This document shows positions 1-41,848 of a DNA stretch of 64,000 bases, one piece after another. A program made the position numbers and the translations under genes. This DNA comes from Mizuhopecten yessoensis (taxonomy: Eukaryota). Every line of letters begins with the position of its first letter. The stretch's first letter is position 1. The notes beneath the pieces are model-generated. The model had not been told where the DNA came from and did not search any database. It was given only the letters and a program-made list of their open reading frames with translations. The DNA is taken from assembly GCF_002113885.1 (NCBI RefSeq), contig NW_018408507.1:65999-129998 (forward strand), given 5' to 3'.

Positions 1-439
1 TAATATAATTTATGTATACTTCCTGCAAAATTGGCAATTATATTTATATATTATATATATTTACATTATTATATACATTCATGCAAAATGGACATGGAGT
101 TGAAATAACCACAAGAAAAAAAATGGTTTCTGAGGATACTGAGTTTTCTCATCATTCATAATTTCATGAATAATAGTGAATTTTGTGTATTTGAAATATT
201 CATCAAAGTTCATGATTTCTGCTCAGTCAATCTTTAAGAAATTTGATGAATTTTAATGAATTTGCATTATTCATTTAAATGAATTTATTAATTATTCATA
301 AAAGTTCATGTAGAATGCATGAAAGCAGGTTGATGAATATTCATGAATAAGTATTCATGAATTTCAAACTGTCTGTATTCATGAATGTTCATGAATTGTT
401 CATGACCATTCATGATTTCATGAATACCCTCTCGCAGGG

Positions 440-646
440 GCTGTGACCTTGAATGTGGGTCAATGTCATTCATTTGAACAAACTTGGTAGCCCTTTATCC
501 CAGCATGCTACTGGCCAAATATCATCAGCCTGGGCCACTTGGTTATTCATCAGAAGTTGTTTGAAGTAAAAAGTTGACGCCGGACGGACGACGCACCATG
601 CTTAAAAATAAGCTCACTTGGCCCTTCGGGCCAGGTGAACTAAAAA
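440..646 (+). mobile_element. 3' end of a Helentron/HINE-like non-autonomous element
   Basis: GACG microsatellite followed by the terminal hairpin agctcacttggcc-cttcg-ggccaggtgaact and an A-run; same architecture as 12386-13375. Confidence 0.65.
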
Positions 647-2186
647 TAACTCAATAAGTTTTTGTTTTTTTAATTTTCAATAAAGAATTTTAATCAACAA
701 AATAAAAAGTAGCATAAAACCGACTACATGTACTACATAATGTATGCCACTTACAAAGTGTGTAGCACTGGTACACAGGTGTAATGGGCTGTGTAGGGGG
801 GGAGATACAAGGGGTCATAGCTCTCACAGACACAGGGGTCAAAGGGCAAGGGTCGTCAGTTTAATGTGTCAAAAGTCAAGAGATCATAGTGTCACAAGTG
901 AAAAGTTGTATACTACTCCTAGGAGTCAGAGCTCACAAATAGTGTCAAAGGTCAAGGGTCTCATACATGATGCATTGTTACAGTTCAGGAAATACCGGTG
1001 CATAATGTTGACGATCATGGGTCACATTAAATGCTACAATATTGCATGTCCTATTACAGAGTTCAGTGCATCAGGTTTTATTTAAGAGTCTCACTCTCAC
1101 CTTCCTTACTTCTACAAACATATATCTTTGTCTCTTTTTTTTTTATCATGATTAACATTAACATGTTGGAAGTGTACATTGCACAGGGAGGCAGATATCT
1201 ATGCTTGAAAAATGTTGTGCTGTGTGAAGGAAATGGATATTGACTAATTCTCACATTAATGTTTATGTACGTGTACATCAACATATGGAATGATCGAGGA
1301 ATGGCTGACATTCATACAGCCCTGCTTGGAACCAGACATGATCCGACCAGTCCAGAAAAAAATCATAACACCGTCCTTACTTCCCCTCTTGACTAAACTG
1401 TCCTAACTAAAGAAATGACCACACATATATATATATATATATATACACTTCTGTATCTGCTTTATTATTGTTTTTTCATTGCTGGGTTATACAACACCGG
1501 TCATGTTTTGGTTAAATAATGGAGGCTTTATTAAAGCTACAAGTCATTGAGCATTTTGTTATTATTGTCTAGACTAGAAAACTAGATAAAAATGTCGCTA
1601 TGTGCATTAAATGATGAACAGCTTTTTTATACTTCGAAGACTCCTTACATCAGACCATATGTTATAGTAGGTTTGTCACGAGTGATCTCCTTTGAGTGAA
1701 CATATAGTAATCAAGGTGTTTGTGAGGCTTCCTGTTTGTGTGTATCTGTAAAACTGACCTCTCGGCACTTCCCAATTCATCACCGCATGGGTGACAAATT
1801 GAAGCAGCTTATCAAACATAATCCGTCCAAACATAACGCCTCCGAACATTACTTATGCAGGAGATTTCCAAAACATAATATCTATTAAATGTTTTTTAGG
1901 TTTAATTTTTATGGCTGTTTTCAGATATGACTCGTACACCAAATAGAGGAGCTTGGCTAACTGATCCTATTCTTTGTTGTCGTCCGTTTGGTTGCTCCAG
2001 GCTTCCATTTGAACAAATGTGAAAAGTATTTTTAAGGCAGGTAGCTGTAATCATTGAAAATATGATAAGCTTAAGACATGAGATAGAGTTCCATGCATGT
2101 CATAAACACTCCTGTTGAAGTGTAAACAACACTGCTAAGGGCTCATGTAGAATACTCTGTCAAATGTATATAGTTATTATCATGAG

Positions 2187-4497
2187 TAAAATACTCAAGT
2201 CAAATGTTGTAGGCTATCAGAAGGAAAACACTCAGTCAAATGTGTACAGATATCAGAAGGGAAAACACTCAGTCAAATGTTGTAGGCTATCAGAAGGATA
2301 ATATTCAGTCAAATGTTGAAGGCTATCAGAAGGGAAACACTCAGTCAAATGTTGTAGGCTATCAGAATGAAAATATTCAGTCAAATGTTGAAGGCTATCA
2401 GAAGTAAAACACTCAGTCAAATGTTGTAGGCTATCAGAATGAAAATATTCAGTCAAATGTTGAAGGCTATCAGAAGGGAAACACTCAGTCAAATGTTGTA
2501 GGCTATCAGAAGGATAATATTCAGTCAAATGTTGAAGGCTATCAGAAGGGAAACACTCAGTCAAATGTTGTAGGCTATCAGAAGGGAAAGACTCAGTCAA
2601 ATGTGTACAGATATCAGAAGGGAAAACCCTCAGTCAAATGTTGTAGGCTATCAGAAGGAAAATATTCAGTCAAATGTTGAAGGCTATCAGAAGTAAAACA
2701 CTCAGTCAAATGTTGTAGGCTATCAGAATGAAAATATTCAGTCAAATGTTGAAGGCTATCAGAAGGGAAACACTCAGTCAAATGTTGTAGGCTATCAGAA
2801 TGAAAATATTCAGTCAAATGTTGAAGGCTATCAGAAGTAAAACACTCAGTCAAATGTTGTAGGCTATCAGAAGGGAAACACTCAGTCAAATGTTGTAGGC
2901 TATCAGAATGAAAATATTCAGTCAAATGTTGAAGGCTATCAGAAGGGAAACACTCAGTCAAATGTTGTAGGCTATCAGAAGGATAATATTCAGTCAAATG
3001 TTGAAGGCTATCAGAAGGGAAACACTCAGTCAAATGTTGTAGGCTATCAGAATGAAAATATTCAGTCAAATGTTGAAGGCTATCAGAAGGGAAACACTCA
3101 GTCAAATGTGGACAGATATCAGAAGGGAAAACACTCAGTCAAATGTGTACAGTTATCAAAAGGAAAACACTCAGTCAAATGTGTACAGTTATCAGAAGGA
3201 AAAATACTCAGTCAAATGTTGTAGGCTATCAGAAGGATAATATTCAGTCAAATGTTGAAGGCTATCAGAAGTAAAACACTCAGTCAAATGTTGTAGGCTA
3301 TCAGAATGAAAATATTCAGTCAAATGTTGAAGGCTATCAGAAGTAAAACACTCAGTCAAATGTTGTAGGCTATCAGAATGAAAATATTCAGTCAAATGTT
3401 GAAGGCTATCAGAAGTAAAACACTCAGTCAAATGTTGTAGGCTATCAGAATGAAAATATTCAGTCAAATGTTGAAGGCTATCAGAAGTAAAACACTCAGT
3501 CAAATGTTGTAGGCTATCAGAATGAAAATATTCAGTCAAATGTTGAAGGCTATCAGAAGGGAAACACTCAGTCAAATGTTGTAGGCTATCAGAAGGAAAA
3601 TATTCAGTCAAATGTTGAAGGCTATCAGAAGGAAAACCCTCAGTCAAATGTTGTAGGCTATCAGAAGGATAATATTCAGTCAAATGTTGAAGGCTATCAG
3701 AAGTAAAACACTCAGTCAAATGTTGTAGGCTATCAGAAGGATAATATTCAGTCAAATGTTGAAGGCTATCAGAAGTAAAACACTCAGTCAAATGTTGTAG
3801 GCTATCAGAATGAAAATATTCAGTCAAATGTTGAAGGCTATCAGAAGGAAAACCCTCAGTCAAATGTTGTAGGCTATCAGAAGGATAATATTCAGTCAAA
3901 TGTTGAAGGCTATCAGAAGGAAAACACTCAGTCAAATATTGTAGGCTATCAGAAGGAAAATACAGTCAAAGACCTTTGTATGGTTATCATAGTAAAATTA
4001 AAATTTTCATGCAAATGTGTACAGTTATCAAAGGGAAAATACTCAGTCAAATGTTGTAGGCTATCAGAAGGAAAATACTCAGTCAAATGTTGAAGGCTAT
4101 CAGAAGGAAAACCCTCAGTCAAATGTGTACAGATATCAGAAGGGAAAACACTCAGTCAAATGTTGTAGGCTATCAGAAGGAAAATATTCAGTCAAATGTT
4201 GAAGGCTATCAGAAGGAAAACACTCAGTCAAATGTTGTAGGCTATCAGAAGGGAAATATTCAGTCAAATGTTGAAGGCTATCAGAAGTAAAACACTCAGT
4301 CAAATGTTGTAGGCTATCAGAAGGCAAACACTCAGTCAAATGTTGTAGGCTATCAGAAGGAAAACACTCAGTCAAATGTGTACAGTTATCAGAAGGAAAA
4401 CACTCAGTCAAATGTGTACAGTTATCAGAGGGAAAATACTCAGTCAAATGTTGTAGGCCATCAGAAAGAAAACATTCAGTCAAATTTGTGAGGCTAT
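2187..4497. repeat. 36-bp minisatellite (~60 copies) with a 72-bp higher-order dimer
   Basis: Unit cagtcaaatgttg(t/a)aggctatcagaaggRaaacact; tgtagg and tgaagg monomers alternate. Confidence 0.95.
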
Positions 4498-4974
4498 AAA
4501 TATATAAAGTCTGTTCATTATTAAATCCTCATGAAACAGCAATAATAATTTGTGATATCCATAACCTAATACCGATGAAGAATCATATTTAAACCAGAGT
4601 AGTTTGTTGAAATGCTGGAAGCTATAATATAGCTTTTAAAGTAGCTTTGATAAGTTATTTTCATAAAGAGAAACTATTGGTGGAAATTAAATTGAAAAAA
4701 ATGTGTTCCCGACTGTAACATTAAGAAATGACTCTAAATTCCATCTGTATTGATTACAAGCGTGGAAGTGACTGTTTCTTTCCTTTGAAACTTATGAACA
4801 TGGTTACCCATTGATAACGGTAAGAAGAGCTGTTAAATTAGTCCAATAATACTAGTTGAAGAAGGGTTGAGATATAACCCGACTGGCAGTTCCAACATCT
4901 GTTCCAGTATCTGTCATATGTCACATGTAGTACAGCTGGGAATAATAAGGCTGGTAGAAACAGTTGAAACACAA

Positions 4975-7900
4975 GTATTGAACACGTCACATTTTATTAT
5001 TAAATGATTTTGATAAAAGACATTAAGCATTCAAAAGACCTTTGTCATGACATTCAGGTGGCATGCTTCATTACAAAAACTAGCTTCATCAGATTATATT
5101 TTGGGATTGGGCGGAGGATTCAACAACATACACTATTGGTGATTACACATGAGAGTAGAAATGCATGATTGTTGCCGTTTGATTTCGTGTTACTTTTCAA
5201 ATGTACAATATGACCTATGTCTGATGAGACTGTACTAATGGAACATGTCACTAAGCTGTGCAGTATTTCCATGACTGGTTACAAACCTGGTCCCACGATA
5301 ATGAAAAAGTCTTAAACTTCAGGTCCAATATTTGTCACAGAAATCAGACAAACAGTTGGTGAAATAGTTTGGATTTATAATATGTATATACACACATATA
5401 GATAATCACATTTGGATATGGAACTCAAATTTTTTTTTTTGCAATATTGAAAGTTTGACTTAAGTCTAAAAATTCTGTCATTATCGTGGTTCCAGCTTGA
5501 GAGTTCCATGAATACACTTGACTGACACATTGATGACTGTCTTCCCTTGGGGTTTATCCCGCCATGACTACAGAGAGCAATCCTCAGCCACAGTGTTAGT
5601 GTCAACTTGTTTCTATGATATGTGGTTAGATATTACATAACTGGTACACACATAACCTCTCACACACAACAGTTATCTCCCCTTCATTCAACCCATCTCT
5701 TGCACAAACACACAAGAGCTGGCTCCCCTGTCATACCACAACACGCCTCACATGCTCATACACAGGAGGTAAAATACAAGCACATTTCTTTCCTTCATTC
5801 TTCCATAGCAGTATTTTAATCATTTCTTCATTAAAAGAGCATGCACTCCTGAATTTCAAATTGTGATGGAAAATATTGCATGACCAGTAAATAATTTTGG
5901 CACAAGCTATGTTTAAGAGGCACTGTGTTGTCCACTGTGCAGAAAAATTGTTAATTTAGAAAAAAATATTAAGTAATCAGGTCAAACTTCCCAAGGACAA
6001 CATTAGAATAAATAAATAACACAAATATAATACCTCAGTTGTTTCCTTTATACAATTTCCTGATACATGTATTGCAAAAATATTTATAACAAAAGAGCAA
6101 GCATTCTGTGTGGAAGAAATCAGTGTCTCTTCCTCCAATAATGAATGTGCTTGTACCTTACCATGAGTTGTTCCCCCTTCACGATTACCATTCAATTATC
6201 TGTCATACTAACATTGGGGCATACATGTTAACCAAAAAGCTGTAATGCACTTTGAACCCCCTTAGAAATCTCTCAACGAGGTGATCATCCCCTTGGAGAC
6301 ATTTGAATGGTTTAACAACTAATCCCTAACACTAACATCCAAGAGTTATCTCTCTTACATACAACTTGTCTAACACAATACTGCCACCCCTTTAATGCTT
6401 TATACGACTGATTGCCTCCACAAAGTTATCTCCCCTTCAGTACATCTTTTCCCCAAAGTTGTGTACACGCGTGACACCATTCTGCAATGTTTCTAATGTA
6501 AAGTTTGCTACAACACTATATTCCCAAGCACACACAAGACATACAAATTAATTCACATTCACGCTTTCATTCTTCTTTACGACTCATGTTTCTCTGTCAA
6601 ATTCCATTTTTCTATCTTAATCTGAAACAATCGTTTTTCATACCTACAAAATTTCTGTCATGATGTACTACTGAATTAAATAAGATATGGCTACACAAGA
6701 CCCAATACATTGTGTGTCTGGCTTCATTGAATTTGTTTTAGTTTATCAAGTCCTGCTACCTCAGGCCACTTGAGCTAGCCCGTTCTCACCAACACATTAC
6801 ACACATCAGGTGATAGCTATACAGTCTAGTAGGTATTCTTCAGGTCAATGCAAACTAACATCATTCAATCTCACTATAAACATCTATGTGAATGTTTCAA
6901 GTTTAATTCTAAAATCCTACATGCTATTTTGACAGATATTGCCCCATATATGTAAACGTGTGCTGCTCCCGGTAAGGGATAATACGACTGCACACACACC
7001 GAGGTCTGCTGAACACCTGAACACATTTCAATGTAAGACACTTAACAGTTAATTCTTACAAATCTACACCTACTGTGTTTCCTGTTTTTGTTCTGACAAC
7101 ACTTATAAGGATTGTAACATGTGTATAAATAAACTCTGAACAGAAGTACACAGAAAAACAAGGTAGAAACATTCTACAAACATATGTAAGCCTTCATGTG
7201 GCTTCTCTGTCTTTACAGAGTGTGTCTCACACACTGCAAAGTCTTAGTATCCAGGAATAATTCTCTCTATTTTTATAAGAAAAGGCAAGTAGATACTTTC
7301 AATACTCAGGAGCATAGATTGTTTACCGACTTCATAAACAAATTAGCATACCCCTTCCTAGGCATATTGTAATATTTCTCTGAGAGGGACAGCATGGCCT
7401 AGCCCTTACTAGGCATACTGTAACATTTCTCTCAGAGGAACAGAGTGGCATACCCCTTCCTAGGCATATTGTAGGCATATTGTAACATTTCTCTGAGAGG
7501 GACAGCGTGGCCTAGCCCTTACTAGGCATACTATAACATGTATCCGAGAGGGACAGAGTGGCATACCCCTACCTAGGCACGAAGTACTATTCCTCAGACA
7601 TGGTCAGTGTTGTTAATCAAATCTTGCCTGCCACCTAGATACAAGTACTGCTGACATTGACCTTTTCTCACAATAGAAAAATATAAAGTTGACAGTAGAA
7701 AAGTAGAAAGAGACGAAACCAGTATCTACGACGACATGTTTGACTAGTAGTATCTATCATAATACACCACTGTATCAACATGACAGATACAGGTAACAAT
7801 AGGGACAGATACCTAGTCTGTACCACAGGCACAGATACCTAGTCTGTACCATAGGCACAGACACCTAGTCCGTACCTCAAGCTTTACAAATTAAAGAAAA

Positions 7901-8989
7901 GCTCACAACTGCATCAGTTTTAACTGTGAAGAAGAGTTCCGCTTCACAGCTGTTTTTATAGAAGATAAAACGAAAACATAAAGGAGTTTTTTCTGTATTA
8001 GATGTTTAACCTTTGGTAAGGTGTTCATATCTCATTTTGACACTTACAAAATTCCTGAATAGCAGTAAAGTGCGGCGGAATACTCCAAGTTTGCCCTTGG
8101 AATTCCTGTTTTTCTTATGTTTTATTATTACATTTCTGTTTTCATATACTCAAAATTGAAGAAGAAAAAAAAACTAAGTAATTGAAAAAACAAAAACTCG
8201 ATAAGGAAATAGTTTAAAGAAAATTTCTAAAACAAATATTCCATAAAAGTGCCAATGGTTATAACATATTTGAATTTGATGGTACTCTTTACCTCAAGAC
8301 ACAATCCTACCAACATGTGTGCTGGAGATGTAGATGACAGCATTGGACTCTACAATACTGCTCAAGTGAAAAGCATTTATTCTTTGTTTTGAATATAGCA
8401 TTGGTATAGTTTATCTCTGTGTAAATATACGACCTCCGATCTTATAATACAGAACATTTGTTTGAAAGAAGTAATAAATTAATATAGACTTGACTGTTGG
8501 CTGGCTGACATACGCCTGTGGCAATAAAGCTGAATTCACTGAAGATCAGTCAGCACAGTCGCCTCCCCTATCATCACATACATACAACATGTAAAAAGGT
8601 AGCAAAAAATCCTTTAAAAAAAAATAACAAAAAAAAAGAAAAGAAGTGACACAGCAGATTGAAATAAGTCGTATAATATATTAATATAAAAAGGAGCCTA
8701 AGTGAAAAAGCACAATTATACCGACCAGATGCTTCAACCCAAAGGTTCACTATGTAAAGTCTACCAAAGAAACAGACAAAATCAATAGTTTTCATGGCAC
8801 AGAAAGTTGGACAATCTAGTATAGGGGCGAGATGATTCATTGTTAAATATTCTCATAAGAACACATAGTATTTCACCTCTGTAGTTTAAATAGTTCTCTT
8901 CATGTCTTTAATATTCTGCTCTTCACAATAAAATATCTTAAAACTTCTCATATAAAAATACAATAGAATTGACTTAAACAATTTTTAAA
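4975..8989 (-). other. Probable long 3' UTR (~4 kb)
   Basis: Largely unique, repeat-poor sequence after the stop. A minus-strand AATAAA at 4993-4998 is followed by GU/U-rich sequence. More proximal AATAAA hexamers lie near 8120 and 8376. Confidence 0.45.
7346..7580. repeat. ~50-bp tandem repeat, ~4.5 copies
   Basis: Repeated cccttcctaggcatattgtaacatttctctgagagggacag. Confidence 0.8.
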
Positions 8990-36868
<27,879 letters not shown>

Positions 36869-37645
36869 GGAGGTGGGCTGAATAAGAGAGGAGACAACTT
36901 ATAAACACAATAGTGAATGAAAAGGCACAGAAATTAAACAAGACATTTTTATAGTGATGTAAAAAATGTACAAGGTGATAATGACCTAATTATGGTATGT
37001 GTAAAACTGTGGAAATTGTAAAAGTCAAATCTTCCATAGTGTTCAAAGAGAGGGAAAGAAACAGGTAACCTTGACTATGTTATGGTGCACAACACACCTT
37101 CATCATTAGATGTTAAAGCACAGGATGTCTGGTAGATATACCCCCACTCCCCACAAAAATGGTGTAATGTGACCTTTGACCTTTTCACATTAACTGATGA
37201 CCACCAAAATTTAATCAAGTGTAGAACTTGACATCACAAATGAGGATATCAATAAATGTTAAATCTGTTGAGGGGATCTCTTGAGATATCTTGTACACAA
37301 GTTATTAAGGGTGCACGAATACACATATTGACAAAGATATTACTAAATAATCCCCTCCACCCAGTCGGGAGTATAATAGTGGCATGGAATAAATTTCCTT
37401 TATTATTCAGTGAAGATGAAAATTCAAGTCACTATGACCTTGTTATGATGTGGGACAAACCTGCACCTCTAGATGTAACAGCACACAAAGTTAAGTAAAG
37501 CTGTTAGAATGGAGGACATGGCTTCCACAACAGAATCTTTAAATTTCATGAATCTGCACAAGAGGTGAAGAAACCTTGGCCCAGAAAACAAATACTGTTT
37601 GTGGAGCAAAAAATATAGGTCACTGAAACCTAGGTTTAGTGAGTG

Positions 37646-38737
37646 TCCCAAAACATTCACCTAAACAACTGACCCAAAACATTCACCTAAACAACTGTCC
37701 CAAAACATTCACCTAAACAAATGTCCTAAAAATATTCACCTAAATAACTGTCCTAAAAATATTCACCTAAACAACTGTCCCAAAACATTCACCTAAATAA
37801 CTGTCCTAAAAATATTCACCTAAACAACTGTCCCAAAACATTCACCTAAACAACTGTCCCAAAACATTCACCTAAACAACTGTCCCAAAACATTCACCTA
37901 AACTGTCCCAAAATATTCACCTAAATAACTGTCCTAAAACATTCACCTAAACAACTGTCCCAAAACATTCACCTAAACAACTGTCCCAAAACATTCACCT
38001 AAACAACTGTCCCAAAACATTCACCTAAACAACTGTCCCAAAACATTCACCTAAACAACTGTCCCAAAACATTCACCTAAACAACTGTCCCAAAACATTC
38101 ACCTAAACAACTGTCCCAAAACATTCACCTAAACAACTGTCCCAAAACATTCACCTAAACAACTGTCCCAAAACATTCACCTAAACAACTGTCCCAAAAC
38201 ATTCACCTAAACAACTGTCCCAAAACATTCACCTAAACAACTGTCCCAAAACATTCACCTAAACAACTGTCCCAAAACATTCACCTAAACAACTGTCCCA
38301 AAACATTCACCTAAACAACTGTCCCAAAACATTCACCTAAACAACTGTCCCAAAACATTCACCTAAACAACTGTCCCAAAACATTCACCTAAACAACTGT
38401 CCCAAAACATTCACCTAAACAACTGTCCCAAAACATTCACCTAAACAACTGTCCCAAAACATTCACCTAAACAACTGTCCCAAAACATTCACCTAAACAA
38501 CTGTCCCAAAACATTCACCTAAACAACTGTCCCAAAACATTCACCTAAACAACTGTCCCAAAACAGTCACCTAAACAGCTGTCCCAAAACATTCACCTAA
38601 ACAGCTGTCCCAAAACATTCACCTAAACAACTGTCCTAAAACATTCACCTAAACAACTGTCCCAAAAACAACTGTCCCAAAACATTCACCTAAACAACTG
38701 TCCCAAAACATTCACCTAAACAACTGTCCCAAAACAA
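37646..38737. repeat. 26-bp minisatellite (~42 copies), highly homogeneous
   Basis: ccaaaacattcacctaaacaactgtc. Confidence 0.96.
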
Positions 38738-40433
38738 TTATGGATGGACAAACACATGTGCCAAGAACATGAATACTGTTATTCTATATGAATTACCCAG
38801 AACCCATTTTCTCAAGCAGGGGCATAAAAACTGTGGAGGACCTCAATATTTGAAAGATTTATTTCCTTTATCTATGATCACATACTTAGGATCGAACTGA
38901 TCAAACATTAGTACTAACACTGAATGTACCTTCAATGACAGGCTACCATGCATGAGTGTGGTCCTGTATAGACAATAAGATACCATCAGACAAGCTATAC
39001 CAATGTACACACTACCAATATATAGGCGATGGACCAGACCACAGCTATGTATTGTCAACATGGACCTCCTTTTACCAGTGTATCGGTTCAGAAATGGAAG
39101 AATCACAACAACTTGCCATTTGTTCCAGTAAATTGAATGGTGCGGTGCGGTGATGTAACACATTTTTATCCCTTTTCATCCACTAATCTCAGTTGTGTAG
39201 TACAGACAAGGCATTTGCCGCTCGCCGTGGTGATATGACGTCAATGGAGGCGTGCGGCTATTACACGGAGATGTTTATAGTAGTCAGGCTTGGCAGCCTC
39301 CGTATCTCCTAGAGTTAATACAGCATCATTATGCTGCTGTGTTTATTTTGCCACTATTTACATCGTGACAAGCCAAAATATAGTATATAATTGACGGAGA
39401 CAAAACAATGTCACCTCCCCCACAATGTAACATGATTGGTATACGGACCAAATATCTTATGGAACTGAATGACATGTACACACATCAGACTCCGGAACCT
39501 ACCTACATGTACACACCAACTCTCCAGCCTTCACACCAAGGCAACAAGTGCAAAAATCAAACCAACAGAAAACATTGGCGACAGATCCTGACTGCCCCCT
39601 ATAATCCTTGATCAGAAAATTCAAATGTCTCAATAAGGGCAGCTACGACAGTGTGATAAACGATGATTCTATACTGTTTGATAAATAACCATAAACATAA
39701 ACAAAATACTACTGCCATGAACAAAAACCATTAACAACTCTCATACATATTAAATACATTACTGTCTTAAGCACACAACTATTGATGATTAGAACAGACT
39801 TATACCAAATGATCAATCAAAACTATCATTGAGACCGATGGCTTTAGGGCTATTGGAACTGTAGAGGATATTGGCTGTGTGTAAACCAGCAGTAATGATT
39901 GAAAACAGTTTAATGGAAGCTGGAAACGTCTAGGATAAAAACTACAACAACAAGAAAAGTCCTAGGAGATAATAAGATTTGGTGTGTAAGTAGGTGGCAG
40001 CAGGCTGTAGGGCAGCAGCTGGTACACCCCCTCACTCCAATCACCACCCCCACATGTGCGTCGCCACATTACTTCCCATTATATCCAGCGAGCTCTTACG
40101 TCAATGCCCTCCTACGTATCCATCACGTATACACCAGTATACCCCAAATAATCAATTTGCATTTTACTTGTGAATGGAGATTTCATCCTCTGGTGCCAAG
40201 ACAGAAGCACTGTGTACAGGGCAGACTCCAACAAATATGGTCAGGCTATACAACAACAAATCTATGTGCAGCAAAAAATAGTTTTCCTGGGATGTGATTT
40301 ACTGATCTCATAATTGACAATTTTTCTCTAAATGTCATCAAAACTTGTTATTCTCTGTATATATATACAAGGCTAGCTTCTACACTCATCTGTCTTCAAT
40401 AGAAATCTGTCTGAACTGTTGATACCACTATTT

Positions 40434-40702
40434 ACTGTCTACACTGAACATCTGTCTATACTGACATCTGTCTATACTGATATCTGTCTACACTGACATC
40501 TGTCTATACTGGACATCTGTCTACACTGACATATGTCTACACTGGACATCTGTTTACTGAACATCTGTCTATACTGATATATGTCTACACTGAACATCTG
40601 TCTGCACTGATATCTGTCTACACTGAACATGTCTACACTGACATCTGTCTACACTGACATCTGTCTATACTTATACCTGTCTACAATGGCCATGTCTACA
40701 CT
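40434..40702. repeat. ~16-17-bp degenerate minisatellite
   Basis: acatctgtctacactg(a) repeated. Confidence 0.85.
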
Positions 40703-41754
40703 TCACTAGTTGTCCACTCTGAGCAGCTGTCTACATTGAACAATCCATCACCTAGACACCAGATGGACTATGCAGTTATCAATGATCTGATAGTTATTTA
40801 GATTTAGCTACCCTACATATATACACCGTGTTCAATTCTCAGTATCAACCTTCTGCAATTTTGTTTCGCGAACAAATTCAAAGTATCCCATACAACACTA
40901 TTTTAGATAGTCAATACTTAACGCAAATCTCTATCAACAGGGTAAGGAATTACTTTAACCCCTTTTTCAGGACTGAATGTAAGGAAACATTTAAACATCA
41001 CAACTAAAAGACCTATTCTGTAGATAGACGAATTGTGAAAAAATGACTTTCGTCATTAAAGAGACCAAAAGTACCAAATTGTTAACAGATATACACAGGT
41101 TGATTTGACCCACCCTACCTCAGTCAACTGTGTACTGACTGCCCGCCTCATCCAACAGGTACGTTACAGGTAACACCGATTCCAGACACAAATTAAATGC
41201 ATTATGTACGAATACAACTTAATTAGCCCAAATCATACTCCATTTTAGCCGAATCAATAACACATTAACTTTGCTGGATGAAAGTGAACATTGGTCTAAC
41301 AAACATTACAGGGTAGGTCATGCCGAGTGGCACTGACATTACCAGTAAATACACCCTGTAATCAGCCAGATTTTAGATCAGAACAACCTGACCCCTTTAG
41401 CTATTGTGAAAAATGCAACTTGGACAAAAAATGTTGTCTTATCTTTTGTGTTGGTGATTGAATCCTGGGTTTCCACAGTTGGGTATTCTAGATAAAGAAT
41501 CATTAAGTGGGCAACGAGGATATTAACATCGCTGGTGTTTGTCCTAATGAACAAATTATGCTAATATGACACACATTCACGTATCTTTATAGAAAATCAC
41601 ACGAAAATGTGGGCCAATGGTATATACAGACAGGAAAGCATCAAGATGCTGCTAATAGATTGTGACATTGTTGTTTTTCCCTGGTGTGGTCTTCAATTCT
41701 AAGTTACTGCCAAGTGTGCCCAAGCCCACATCCATTCCGACAACAGAAGTATCC

Positions 41755-41848
41755 TCCACAGAGTCCAAAACGATGGGAAGTGTTGATTCTCAGGAGTGAC
41801 ATCCACAGAGTCCAAAACGATGGGAAGTGTTGATTCTCAGGAGTGACA
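41755..41848. repeat. 47-bp perfect direct duplication
   Basis: tccacagagtccaaaacgatgggaagtgttgattctcaggagtgaca x2. Confidence 0.9.

Noticed and set aside
2187-4497. CRISPR-like appearance of the regular repeats here and elsewhere
   Set aside because: Head-to-tail tandem units with no unique spacers and no cas genes; eukaryotic spliced context
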